64,000 nucleotides of DNA from Salpingoeca rosetta (GCA_033442325.1 JAWQFM010000006.1:1379124-1443123); one strand, 5' to 3'. Counted from the stretch's first letter, positions 44,077 through 59,963 are shown. Notes: generated by a model not told the origin, from the letters alone. Numbers and translations: made by a program.

Positions 44077-47000
44077 ATGGTGGCGTCGCTGATGCCTTTT
44101 GTGTTGGTGTTGGTGGTGGTGCTTTGGGGTACCAGTGGGCCCGCCACATCCATGCTCCTCGCACAAGCCTGTGATCTCCCGACTCAAGTTGTCATCGACG
44201 CCACAACGGGTGCGTCTTTGTGAAATGAAGACAGTGATTGATGTTGTTTAGTTGTTTGGTGTTTCGTCTGTGTTTGATCGTGTTGTGTCTGCTTATTGCT
44301 TGACGTGTGTTGTTTGTTGGACAGGTGACACGATGTGACCGTCGCTGTTTCTTTTTGGCAGTGTGTGTGGTTGTCGTTGATTGTCCTCGCCATTGCTCCT
44401 CTACTGCTGGTGTTACGCCATGTATCTTGTGCACGGTCAACGCGTCGCTGACCGCATAATTGCTTCTTACGTTAGCTGTGCCCGCACGACGTGTTCATTG
44501 CAACCCTTCTGCACCTCACATTGCCTCCCTCATTTTTTGTTCGCGTGACAAATAGATGTCAGCGTGGTGTACGATACGCTGGACGCCGGCACGTCTGCGT
44601 GCGTGCTGTTTGACGTGGACCACGTTGAGCTGCCGCAGACGCTGAGCACGAAGCCGGGCGCCCAAGTCGTGTTTTCCCCTGCCCCTGGCCGCTCGCACGT
44701 CACGGCCTACGTGGCCGGGAACCTCGTTGCACAGGCATCCCCTTCAAACGCAGAGAGCGGCCTCACCTTCAGAGGCGTCACAGTCGAGCCTGCAGGCAAT
44801 GGTGACGCCAGCGGCAGTGGCGGCGGTGACGGTGGTGATGCTGGCGGTGCTGATCCTGCCGTGATTGCGCTCGCTGCTGTGCTCGGGATCCTGATGCTGG
44901 TGAATGTTGCCGTGCTGATTGTCCGGCGCAGAAGAGCCGCCCAGGGCTCTGGCGGTCGCAAGCGCGAGGTGCGTTTGTGCAGGTCTGCCCGCGACACCTT
45001 CTCCTCGCTCATGGACGGGTCCACGCTCATCCGCTCCAGCCAGTGCCGCAACGCCGGCGAACTGACTCTGCTCGCACGCGACCCGCGCAGCATCCGTGTG
45101 GCGTCTCTGGACGTCAAATGCGGGGCGCACGAGCTGTGGCGGGCAACGTTTGTGGAGAATATGGTGCCGCTCTACGTCAAGCGAGCACAGCAAGGCCGCG
45201 TCATGGATGACAAGGTCATGGAACAACTGCTGCTGGAGGCACAGCTCATGACGATGCTTGACACCAAGTTTGTCGTGCAGTTCTACGGCTACACGTTCAC
45301 GCGCGACGAGGGCGTGTCGTTGCTGTATGCGTATCCGAACGGAGGCACGCTTCGCGTGGCCGTGAAACAGCACCTCACCACGCAGGACAGCGCGGAGCGT
45401 GTGGGCGTGCTCATCAAGTGCCTGGTGCAGGTTGCGCAGGCGATCGAGTACCTCCACACCAACGACGTGGTGCATGGCTCGCTTTCTGCGGATGCCGTGT
45501 ATGTGACTGCCAACCTGCACAAGGCGCGCATTGCTGGGTTTTGTCCTTCCTCTGGCAAGCTCGGCGACTCGGAGCTCCTGCAGCCTCCCGAAACGCCCCG
45601 CATCAAATGGTAAGAACAGTGACATGGGTGTGAACACCGAGGGAAGGGGGATGGGTGGGTGCGATGATGCATCGTTTGTTGTGTGTCACTGCAAATGTAT
45701 CGCTGGCACGTGGAGGGGGGGGGGGGGGAGAGAGCATGTGTGTGGGTGTGGGTGGGTGAGTGAGTGTGTACACACCGCACTCACAGCCCACACGACACGT
45801 CCTCACTTACCTTGACTTGCTCATTACATGCACGCTTGTCATCATGGACATGGTGTTGCAGGGTTGCGCCAGAGTGTGTGGAGCAAGGACGTATGAGCAA
45901 AGAAGGGGACGTGTGGTCGTTTGGCGTGCTGTGCTGGGAGGCGTTCTCCCAGGGCACCACCCCCTTTGACAGCGTGTCTGGTCTGCAGGCTTACTCGCAG
46001 ATGCTGCACGGCCACCGCCTTGACCTTCCAAGTGACTGCCCTTCACAGGTGTATGACCTGATGCTGCACGCATGGAACGCCAGCCCCTCCGACCGGCCCC
46101 ACGCACACGCACTTGTCAAGCAGTGGCAGCAGGCACTGCAGTCGCTCACATCCACGGGCTATGCGCGTGTGCCCAGCACGTACGACGATGGCAGCGAGGC
46201 TGGCGACGACGTGGGCGGTGTCCCACCGCAGTCCAGTCTGCGCGACCGCAAGCGCCGGTTCTCTTTCCTGCGTCGCATCTCCACCCGCAACCAAGGGTAT
46301 GTCATTTCCGGGTCCAGCAAGGCAACTGCAGCGAACCTGGCCGACCTTGCTGGGCGCACGTCCTCCAAGCGGCGCTGGGCAGACACATACGGACCAACCA
46401 CAGATGACGAACTCTTCGATCCAGTGGACCGCGCTGATGTCGGTGGCGATGGCAGCACGGTGGCCCACGACGGCCACAAGCTTGACGAACAAGGCGGGGA
46501 AGAGATGGAGCTGAAGACAACACACTCGACAGCAGAGGCTACGACGCTGCTTGAAGGCGATGGCACAACTGCCCCGGAGACGCTGGCGTTTGTGGAGAAC
46601 GATCTCGTTGAAGCAAGAAGCCACCCGCCGATTCCAGAGGAAGATGAGGAGGATGCAGAAGCATCACACCAAAGCAAAGGCCAACCCACACCATCTCTCG
46701 ATGGGACCAGCACCAGCACCAGCAGCACCGGAGCTACCACAAGCTCCGGCACCAAAGCGCAGGAACAGCAGCAGCTTCAAGAAAAAGAGGGGAAGCAGGA
46801 GGAGAAGCAGGCGGAGAAGGCGGAGGAGGGCCCAACAGACTGGGGCAGCCTCGCTGACGCTGACAGTCATGATGACCAGCACAAACAGCACATGGACAGC
46901 GATGACGGGGGCGAGGATGATGGCCAAGAGGGCAACGTGCGGGTGTCGCTCACACATGAGGAATACATCGAGATTGCGTGTGCAGATGACGACCAACGGG

Positions 47001-48010
47001 ACAAGGACGATGAATGCAATCTGGATGCCCCGGAGGGCGCTGGCAACGAGGACGCCAGCGATGCAGCCGCCACCACCAGCAATGCAGCCGCCACCACCAG
47101 CAACACCAACAACACCAACACCGTCAACAGCAGCAAAAGCAACAGCAGCAACAACAGCGATAACGCAGCACCCAAAGCCATCGTGACTGACAAGAACGGC
47201 GACGGCAAGGAAGGCGACACACAGGCCTCTGCTTCCACTGAGACTGATGCACATTCACCCGCTGTGGCTGTGCCTGTACTGGACGTGACACCTGACTACG
47301 GTCGCCCTGTGCAGACACAAGTGCAGACCAGCGCTGCCGTGCCCACAACAAAAGCAACAACAACAGCAACAACTACTGCACCGCCACCTGCAGCTGATAG
47401 CAACTACGAGGATGTGGCGTTCGCAGACAACGCTGCCACTGCCACCGCTACCACCACTGCCACAGCAACGGGTGTTGCGCCCCAGAAAGCTAAAGGACAC
47501 GGACTGCAGCTACAGTATGAGAGTTTGTATGAGGACACGCACGCACAAGCGCACGCCACCGATCCACCACCACTGGCTCCGCCTGTGAATGTGCAGTTGG
47601 TGGAAGACGCGGGCCTGTACGAGACAGTGACGCAAGTTGGTCCACAGGTGCTGGTGGTTCCACACACGCCAAGCGCGCCACCACCAGCTGCCCGCCCGCC
47701 ACTGCCTGGGGTGCCACCGCCACTGCCACCCAAGAAAGCGCCGACAGCGGGCGAGCACATGGTCCCCGCTGTCCACTCCCAGCCTCGATCCGCAGCGCCA
47801 TTCAGAGGCATGGCACCACCACCACCACCGCCGGCCGCCACACACACCAGCGCTGTTCTCGCTCAGCAGCCCGCCTACGAGATGCCTCTTCCTGCCACTC
47901 CCGAGCAAGGCGTGCAAAGCGGCCAGCAGCAGGGTGCACCGCCACTCCCACCACGCGCCCCTCTCATGGAGGACGACCAGCTTTACGAGCAAGTTGACGA
48001 CAACAAGTAG
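44077..48010 (+). CDS. Receptor tyrosine kinase-like pseudokinase with signal peptide, short ectodomain, TM segment and long Tyr/Pro-rich tail. Exons 44077-44209, 44556-45609, 45862-48010.
   Basis: Signal peptide MVASLMPFVLVLVVVLWG; TM VIALAAVLGILMLVNVAVLIV followed by RRRR. TK-type motifs EAQLM, QVAQAIEYLH, RIKW|VAPE, DVWSFGVLCWEAFSQGTTPF and CPSQVYDLMLHAW..DRP. Splice phases are consistent. Confidence 0.88.
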
Positions 48011-48692
48011 AGGTTGTGTTGTGTGACGAGCTAGCAACGGCGCTGAGGGACAGGCTCAGGAAGGAGGGCTGTTGACTTGAGTCTGGCTTTCATTCCGGCG
48101 TCCTCCTGGTGTTGGAAGCCACCTCACCGCGCCGCACGCATGCTTTTGTCGCACGTGTGCAGGATTTTCTGCTTGCAAAGATTCATGGCTGGCGTTTTGA
48201 GTGTTGATGTCGTGTTTGTGATCTTGTGATGCTGATGTTGTTCTGTTTGTGATGCCGATGTTGTTGTGTTTGTGATGCCGATGTTGTCTGACATGTGTCA
48301 TAGCATTGCGACGTGACGAGCGCGCATTTGTTCCGTTGTTTCCCGGCAGGGCTTCGTACCGTTGCCTGGTTGATTCCGTTAAATGCGCGAGACCTACTGT
48401 TTGACTGTCCTGGTGTTTTCTTGCATTCTCGCACTTGCATGGCTACGTTGGATCATTGAGATATTTGACACTGCGTTCGGTTTTGTTCTGTTGACACCGC
48501 CCTTCGTTCAAAGCGTCGAAGTTACCTTGCCCATCGGTCTGCGTTGTTGTTGGGCCGTTACTTACTTGCCGCCAGTGTTTTGGTGTAGCTTCACGCTGTT
48601 ACATGCCAACCACCTCGCTCATGGGTGTATGTGTGTGTGTGTGTGATAATGGGCGAGCGAGGCGTGGTTTACTTCTGTTACACCGCTGACCC

Positions 48693-51362
<2,670 letters not shown>

Positions 51363-51806
51363 CGTGGCTGAGCAGTGTTGTCACTGTTGTTCACTGTCCA
51401 GTTGTGCGATGATGATGACGATGGTGTTATGTCACATCCATCCATGACGTGCATGATGCGATGAGAGGGCCATGCAATGGCGGTGGAGCAACGGAAGACA
51501 ACAAAAGAAGGGCGCATGCAGAAAGGACCAGCCATAACAGGGACGATGCAGCGAGGACGACGCTTGTGTTGATGAGAAGCAAGGGCATCTTGGATGCAAA
51601 GGAATCCAGCGGGTGCAAAGAGAAGGCAGAAGGGGCGTGCAATAGCAACAACATGCAGCGACAGTCATTGATGTGACAACAACCAGCGCTAGCAACAGCA
51701 GCGTGCTTGCAAGCAAGGAGGCAGCGCCTCAAACAAAAGCGCGCACATTGTGCCCACTCAGCAGGAGCAGCAGGAACGCATCAATACAATCAAAGCTGGG
51801 AGGGGG

Positions 51807-51884
<78 letters not shown>

Positions 51885-51906
51885 AGGGGGGGGGGATGGT
51901 ATCGGT

Positions 51907-53065
51907 TCAGTTCCAGCGAGGAGCGAGCTGGTCCGTGGGGCGGCGCGTGTGGCGCAGGCCACCAATGGTATGACGTCGGTAGTCGTACCGGTACAAGCTG
52001 CGGCCCGTGTTGGCCTTTGGCGTTGGGTGGGCGCCTAGGATGTTGCGCAACATGGCCTGCTTGGGTGGCGGTTCGATGCGCCCGCCGTCCGGCGCCTGGC
52101 GATATGGACGCGGGAACGGCGCGTGCGTGGTCGCTGTTCGTGTTGGAGTGATGCTCGTGGCCTGAAAGTGGTGGCGGTGTGTGTGTGCGTGTGAGTGTGT
52201 GAGTGAGTGTGTGTAAGTGAGTTTGTGTGTGTGTGAGTGAGTGAGTGAGTGAGTGTATGTGAGTGTGTGTGTGAGTGTGTGCGTGTGAGTGTGTGTACGT
52301 TAGTGTGTGTGTGTGAGTGAGTGAGGGAGTGTGAGTGTGTGTGCGTTAGTGTGTGTGTGAGTGTGAGTGAGTGTGTGTGTGTGAGTGTGTGTGTGTGTGT
52401 GAGTGTGTCGTTCAAGTTGAGTGTTGTTAAAGAGCGAGGCTGCGTGCATTTGGCAACAGCACGAGGAACTGTGTGGCGGAAGAGGCAAACGAAGCATCCT
52501 CCCCAGCCCTTACAGACCTGCTGCTTTGGTCGCGTGCGCGTCAGCCGCACGTTTTCCTCCGAAAGAGACTGGTGGTGACAAGTGCGGCAGGCGCATAGAC
52601 CATGAGGAGCGGCGGTTGCACGTGAGCATGTGTGTGCGTGTGTGCGTGTGTGCGTGTGCGTGTGTGTGTGTGTGTGTGATTGGGTGCGTGATTGGGTGCA
52701 TGTGTGCGTGTGCGTGTGTGCGTGTGCGTGTGTGCGTGTAAGCGAGGGAGCGAGCACGAAGTAGGCGTCTGTTCTCAATGCATACAAACACGCATACACA
52801 TACATGCGCGTGTCTGAGCACCCGTCAGTTGCATCTCACCCGGGTGAACGCGCGGGGTTGTGCTGTGATTGGCGGGAAGCGCGCGGCCGCAAACATGCGG
52901 TTGATGGTCTGAACAACACGCACGCACAAACAACGACACGTCCGTGAGGAAAACAATGTGACGGGGCTGAGAGCGAGCAATGCCAATACACACACACGGA
53001 CACACACACGGACACACACACACACACACACACGGACACACACACACACGGACACACACACACAC

Positions 53066-53108
<43 letters not shown>

Positions 53109-53585
53109 CACACACACACACGGACACACACACACACACCTTGCGTGTTGCGTGGAGTTTGCCGTTGTCCGCCTGGCGAGGAATGCCCGTCACGCCCAGC
53201 GTGCTCTCATCATCATCGTCATCATCGTCATCATCGTCATCTTCATCATCATGCCCAGCAGTCACATCACAGTCGCCAAGCGAGTAGCGCGTCACGCTGC
53301 CACCGCTGCTGCTGCGGTCGAGCGGGGACGCTGGTGTGCTCGCGTGCTCGGGCAGGGCGGCACCAGGTGCTGTCGTCCACATGTCATCCTCGTCTGCCAC
53401 GGATGTGCGATCCTCGCGCAGTGCCGGCATGGAGTGGCGGTTGGGGCGCAGCGTGCGGTGCTGAACACGCGCACAATCACAATCGCAAGGTACGTGTAGC
53501 GAGCGTTTGGTGAGCGACACACTTCAGACGCGCATTCGAAAAGAGCATTAGTGTGAGACAACACACACACACACACACACACGCG

Positions 53586-53661
<76 letters not shown>

Positions 53662-53988
53662 CACACCTGCGTGTACTTGGGCCTGCTGAACTGGGATTGG
53701 TACGAGCTTTTGCCGTAGAGATGGTAGTGGAGATCCAGCATGCTGCCGCCATCGCCATCCCGAGCCTGAAGTGGCGGTGAAGGCGCAGTGTTGCGAATGC
53801 AGAGTGAGTTCTCTTTGCCCTGCGATGTAGACACAGACACACAGGCGCACACAGACACACACAGACACACACACACAGACACACAGACACACACAGACAC
53901 ACAGACACACAGACACACAGACACACAGACACACACACACAGACACACACACACACACACAGACACACACAGACACAGACACACACAG

Positions 53989-54020
<32 letters not shown>

Positions 54021-55155
54021 ACCACTGGCGATGCTGTGACGGGCTGGGAGCGGGACATGAAGTTTGGCTGCTTTGTCGTCTGATTCTTGTGCGTGCTGGC
54101 ACGTCCTGGTCGCGGGGCGATGTGCTGCACGGCCGTCGACTTCATGGGGCGCGGCACGCCACTGGTCTGGCGATCAACACGACACGAGGGGCTCGAGAAG
54201 GGTTGCCTTGGTGATGGTGACGGCGGCACGTGGGGGAAGGGAGTGGTGTGGAGTTGTGGGGGGTCAACAAAAAAGGAAAAGGCGGGCAGATATGGTGAGA
54301 AGTGCGCGCCCATTGTTTGGCTCTGAACCAAGACGTGCACATCGCATCTGGTGTGTGCAAATTGCATTGGCCAATGGGACATTACACGCAAGTTGCAGTG
54401 CCAGGAGCAATACATGTGGACATACGGCAGCAGAACGGAGCTTCCAATGTGCAGATGGCCGCGGTTGGCGTCTGGGATTGCAGAGCCCAAGGTGTGGCGG
54501 GGCGTGGGGGGGGGGTGGCATCGAGGAAGGAAAGGCGGTGATGCACAAGCAAGGATGAGGAAGACGTTGGGAGCGCGTAAGCATGGCTCGATCGATTTTC
54601 ATCACATCAGCATGCAGCAAGACCACAACAGAACACAGCAAAGTTCGAAAGCAAGGCAACGCAGTGCATGGCAGTGCATGAGGTTGTAGATTTCACGCAC
54701 ATGCTTGTTCTCCATCGCTGAGGCGTCTCCAGACGGCGCTCGTGTGGGGCAGTGCAACGCGCGCGTATGCAAAATCGCCTCCACCTGCGCGCATGTGAGT
54801 GTGCGTGCGTGTGTGTGTGGGTATGTGTATGTATGTATGTATGTATGTAAGAGTGTGTGTAAGTTTGTGTGTGTGTATGTATGTATGTATGTATGTATGT
54901 ATGTATGTATGTATGTATGTATGTATGTATGTATGTATGTATGTATGTATGTGAGAGTGAGTGTGTGTGTGTGTATGTTTGCGTGTGTGGTGAGTAAATA
55001 TGACGATGCGCTGGGCGTGGGCACACAAAGCTAAGAAAGGTATCAAACAACACGCCATGCATGCATGTGCGCGTCTCGTCTTGTCCTTCACCTTGGTTCC
55101 TTTGCTGCAAGTATTGGCTCGGGGTAACATCGTCCGATTGCTTCCAAGACGTCAT
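51907..55155 (-). CDS. Hypothetical multi-exon protein, low-complexity and basic, no recognised domain
   Basis: Start [21 protein letters not shown] at 55155. GT-AG bounded segments include [13 protein letters not shown].., [24 protein letters not shown] and an acidic HDDEDDDD exon. The last exon ends ..[21 protein letters not shown] (stop 51909-51907). Not every junction was verified. Confidence 0.6.
54874..54952 (+). repeat. (GTAT)n tetranucleotide microsatellite, intronic
   Basis: Directly visible. Confidence 0.95.
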
Positions 55156-55358
55156 GGTGGCTTCTTTTGTTCCAAGATGCTTGGCCGTCTGGCCGGCAAT
55201 CTGCACTGCCAACAACACAAACGCACCAGCGCAAGGCACAACAACAGAAGCGCAACAACAACAACCACTGAAGGGGAAAACAAGCAAACCAGCAGCGGTG
55301 CGCGGTTGTTGGGAGGCGATGACAATTTGTGAATGATTTCGTCCACTTTTCCGCAACC

Positions 55359-57074
55359 ATGGCGTTTGGCGATGACCGTGATGATGAACAGAGCAGCGTG
55401 AGGAAGGGGAAGAAGGACTTGCACGTTGCCGCTGGTGCACCTCAACCACGGCAGCGAGTGCAGGGACAGCGAGAGCGGGGCCAAGAAAGGTCATTGGAGG
55501 AGCACGCAAAGGATGCCGTGTTTGGCTTTGCTGTCAAGGCGCTGCTGAAGGCGGACACGAATCTGGAAGCGATTCAAACATGCGCCGGCGCCGCGACTGT
55601 CATCCTTCGCCGGCGAAAGCGACGGAAGCAGGCGCAGGCAAGTGCCGCGTTTGTTCGCATGTTCAGGGTCACCCCAGCCGTGTTTGATGAGCTCGTTGCC
55701 CTCATCGCGCAGTCGCCACACCTGGACTCGCTCGATTGGCACACCCCGTCCACCGCATCCTACCACAGCTACGCTCACAACAGCAACAGCCACAATACCG
55801 CACTCAACAGCACCAGCAGCGCTAACAACAGCAGCAACGGCAACCTCAACGACGACAGCAACAACAGCAACCATAACAGCAACAACAGCAACAGTAACAA
55901 CAACTGCAGCAACAATAACAGCAACGGCATTGTCGTTGTTGCAAATGGCTCCACCAAGGCATCCACAAGACAGCATGGCGCCGCCTCCCACGAATCCTAC
56001 CATGAACACGTGCCTTGTGCAACTGGCGGCGGGGAGGGCGCAAGCGACGGCGCCGAAGGCAGCACTGACAATGGCGCTCGCAGTCTTGACAAGACAGGTG
56101 GTGACCATGTCGCTCAGCAGCAGCAACCAGTCGAGAAACAACACCAGCCAGAACCACGGGGTGAGGAGGTGACAGCTTCGCCCACACAGCAGCCACACCA
56201 GTCCAAACCTACTCAAGATGCAGGTCAACCAGCACCCAGCAAAAGCGAGCACAACACACGCAGCGCAGGTGACACGATGCAAGTTGCGCCTGCAACCCGG
56301 TTGCCCACATACATACCGCCAGCCACGTCTGCCTCACCATCAGCAGCGGGATCCGTACTCTCTGGCGTGGCCTGGGGCCGCCGCTGCTTTGCTGTGAAGC
56401 TGTGTCTGCGGCTGCTCGGGAGCCAGCTCAGCCCGACGCAGCTTGCCGCTGAATGGCACGTCAAGGAAAGCGACTTGATGTTGTGGACGCGGCAGGTGAC
56501 CGAGGCCATCGTGATCACCTTCTCTCCATCACTCAGGTGCGTGTGTTGTGTTTGCGTGTGTGTGTGTTGTATGTGTGTGTGTGTTGTGTGTGCGTGTGTG
56601 TGTGTGGTGTTTTCGTGTGTTGTATATGTGTATTGTTTGTTTATTTGTTTGTATGTATATGTGTGTGTGATTTGATTTGAATCATGCGCGCACCTATGTA
56701 CATGTGTTGTTGTGCACATGTGCTTCTTTATACTTGTCCACCCCCCTCCCCCCAGTGCACTCAAATCATTCCCTTTCCCTTCCTTCGCATGCACGTGGGC
56801 AGCGTGCACAACATCCGTGAGGCGGACCCCTTGCTGCCGTCGTGCCTCGGTGTTCTCCATCACGACTACATCGGAATCGTCCGGCCAGCACGCGACAATG
56901 AGTTCTTCCGCAACGTCGACAACAGGCCCTCCATTGGCGTGCAAGCTGTTGTTGGCCACGATGACAAGTTCTACAGCGTGAGTGCTCACCTGCGGTGCGG
57001 GTGTATTGTCTCTTATGTGTGCGTGTGTGCGTGTGTGTGCGTGAATGTGTGTGTGTGTGTGAATGTGGGTGTGT

Positions 57075-57107
<33 letters not shown>

Positions 57108-59396
57108 TGTCTGTCAGCCTGTCTGTACACAGGCAGTTGTATCACGCCGGGAACCCATCACGAATGAGTGCGTGTATGCACATATCCACATACATATGCA
57201 CACGACACACACACATACGCTAACTCGCACACATACGCTCACTCGCACGCACATGCACAACACGCACCACAACACGCATTTTCCCTCTTGCTTTCTTGCA
57301 CCACGGTCGCTTCGTTGTGGTGATGACTGCAGGTGGCTGCTGGCTTTCCTGGGTCTGTGAAGCATGATCTGTGTTTGCGGCAAACGCCCCTGTGTCGGCA
57401 GGGCGCGCGCGCCCTCTACCCGGGATACCTCGTTGCAGGCGCAACCTTCCCGCTACTCAGCTGGCTGGTCACGCCATTCCCTGCGCCGCAAACGGCAAAG
57501 CAGATGGCGCTCAACAGGATAATCAGCTGTCGACAGCAGCGCGCGGGAAGCGTGTTTGCGCGCGTGCGAAATCGGTTCCCGCGCCTCGAGCAGTTTGACC
57601 TCGGGCTGGACTGGGCAGGAACAGCTGCCGTTGCCTGCTGCCTCATCCACAACCTGTGCTTGGACATGGGAGACACGCTATCACTCTCGCTACTTCAACA
57701 GCCACCACCAGCAGCGGCAGCAGCAGCCGAGTGCACGCATGATGCTGGCTACAGCGATGCTCATCAAAGGAAACGCGGTGGTACAGAGAAGAGTCGCTCA
57801 CCACAACAACAGCGCGCGTGCGCTGTGTGCAACCAGAGACACAGCACCGGTGGCACCAATCAATCCACCACGGGCACACACGCGCGGGGACAACAGTCGC
57901 GCATGTACACATCGCCAGCGGGGGCGGAGCAGCGATTGCAGCTGGCAGAGGCCCTCACATCGGCACGTGCAGGCATCAACGAAGCACACCCAGATATAGG
58001 CAACGGCGGTGGCGGTGGCGGTGTTGATCGCGCTGCACATGCACAAGCAGAGAAGTGTAATGACAGAATAGAGAAGGCGGGCGTTGAAGGAGAAGAAGTA
58101 GAAGGACAAGGGGAGGAAAGAGGCGGAAAGGAAGCAGGGGAAGGAGCGTGCACTGTGTATGCGAATGGGCGTGTCGCACGCCCTGCACGAGGTATTGGTG
58201 TTGCTGGCGCGGAAGACGCCTTCACTCGCGCCCCAGCTGATGCGGTTGGTAATGAGGACGCAGACGATGTTGATGATCCTGGTGATGATGTTGATGTTGA
58301 TGTTGATGTGGTGGCGGATGCCGGGACTCGGAGGATGGGCGGGCTGGCGATTGCTGATCACAGCGACAACAGTGGTGATGATGATGGTGGTGGTGGTGAC
58401 ATGGGGCTGCCGCTTTCACACCGGCAAGACAGCCAGGAGGAGGGTGCGAAGAAGGGGGATGAGAAACGAGAACGCAAGGAGCAGATGGATGAGACAGCGG
58501 GCCAGAGAGAACGGAGCCATGGGGGTGGTGAAGCAAGCGCCGTGGAGGCGAAAGCACGGACGCGAGCAAGGTATTCGCATCAGCGACGGGACCGAGGCAA
58601 CAGCCAAGACGGTGGGCAAGACAAAGACAGGGTGGAGCGTGGTATTGGAGAGGACGGGGCAGAGATAGGGCATGTCGGGACGCGGGGTCAGGGAGGTGAT
58701 GGTGGTACGAAGCCGAAAGGCAGTGGCCAGCGACAAGCAGGGGCAAAGAAGGGGTCGCGAAGGACGCGTGCCGCTGCCGTGAGGGCGGTGAAAGGCAGGC
58801 ATGAGCATGGACATGATGGGCAGGGCGATGAGGGGGTGGTGTGGTCTGAGCACGGCCACCTGCCTGTTGTTGACGTGTATGGACAGCCGCTTTCATCGTC
58901 TGCACCTGCGCCCGTACCGGCCCAACCACCACATGCCACAGTCACAACTTCATCGTCTTCGGGGTCATCCTCCTCCCAGTTGCACTCGCGCCACCCGCTT
59001 CTGCTGTTGCCGTCTGCGCACCACGCTATGCACCACCCTCAACATGTGGTGCAGCAGCAGCATGTGCACGGCGCTGTCAGTGTGAACGATCCAGTGTATG
59101 ATGTGGGAGCAAGTGTCAGCACCACCACACCTGCCGCAGTCGCGAGCACTGAACACTTAGATGGCGCAGCTGCTGCAGTTCGTGGTGCTGGTGGCGATGA
59201 TGAGCAGGTGCACAAGTCCCGCCATCAGCAGCACCCTCACACCACAACCGCTGCACCGCCAGTTTCGCACGTGAACTCGCTGCTGCCACCACCATTCCCA
59301 CCGCCGCCACCACCTCCACCGCCGCAAGCGCCCCTGCACTCGGCATCTCACCGCCACGACCGCGGGCCCCGCGAACACCAACCACAACAACAACAA

Positions 59397-59434
<38 letters not shown>

Positions 59435-59963
59435 CAACGTGCATACATCGCCTTCACCACCTCCCCTGTCTCTGCTTCCAGCGCATCTGGTGCCACCGCC
59501 GCCGCCGCCACCGCTGCCAGTTCCCTTGGACGTGGCACACGGCTCACCTCATCATCACCACAGCCACCATCCGCCACACCACCGCCCCCACGTCCACCCA
59601 GAGCACCACCGCCATCACCACAATCCCCACCATCACCACAGTGTCCAACATCTCCCCAATCTCCACGCCCATCACCACCACAGCAGCGTGCACGGCACAC
59701 GCGTGCGAGTGCCCGTGTTTCTGCATCCAACAGAGGAGCTTTCGTCGCACCCCCGCCTGCCACCCATCTCTCTCGGCGCGCCGCTGGCACCGGCACGAAG
59801 CAACGAGCGTGGTGATGGTGGCGGTGGCAGCGATGATGATGACGACGAGGAGGGCAATAGCGGTCGTGCTGATCATGATGGTGATGACGACGATGGTGGT
59901 GGTGGTGGTGACGGTGGACAGGCCAGGAAGCGAGCGAAAACGGCGCAACCAAGACATCATTAA
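55359..59963 (+). CDS. PIF/Harbinger transposase-derived protein (HARBI1/ALP1-like, DDE_Tnp_4), catalytically inactive. Exons 55359-56536, 56803-56977, 57333-59963 (about 1327 aa).
   Basis: FVRMFRVTPAVFDELVALI; HTH-like VKLCLRLLGS..LAAEWHVKESDL..QVTEAIV. Core LPSCLGVLHHDYIGIVRP..FFRN..SIGVQAVVGHDDKFYSVAAGFPGSVKHD..YLVAGATFPLLSWLVTPF..LNRIIS..AGSVFARVRNRFPRL..VACCLIHNLC. Splice phases are consistent and there are no internal stops. Confidence 0.88.

Noticed and set aside
40166-45637. Long antisense ORFs (40166-41281, 42191-43000, 44744-45637)
   Set aside because: They are shadows of GC-rich coding exons on the opposite strand and carry no recognisable motifs.
51907-55155. Divergent neighbour of the Harbinger-derived gene as the element's second (Myb/SANT) ORF
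   Set aside because: No Trp-spaced Myb/trihelix signature is visible in its exons, there are no flanking TIRs, and divergent pairing is the norm in this window.
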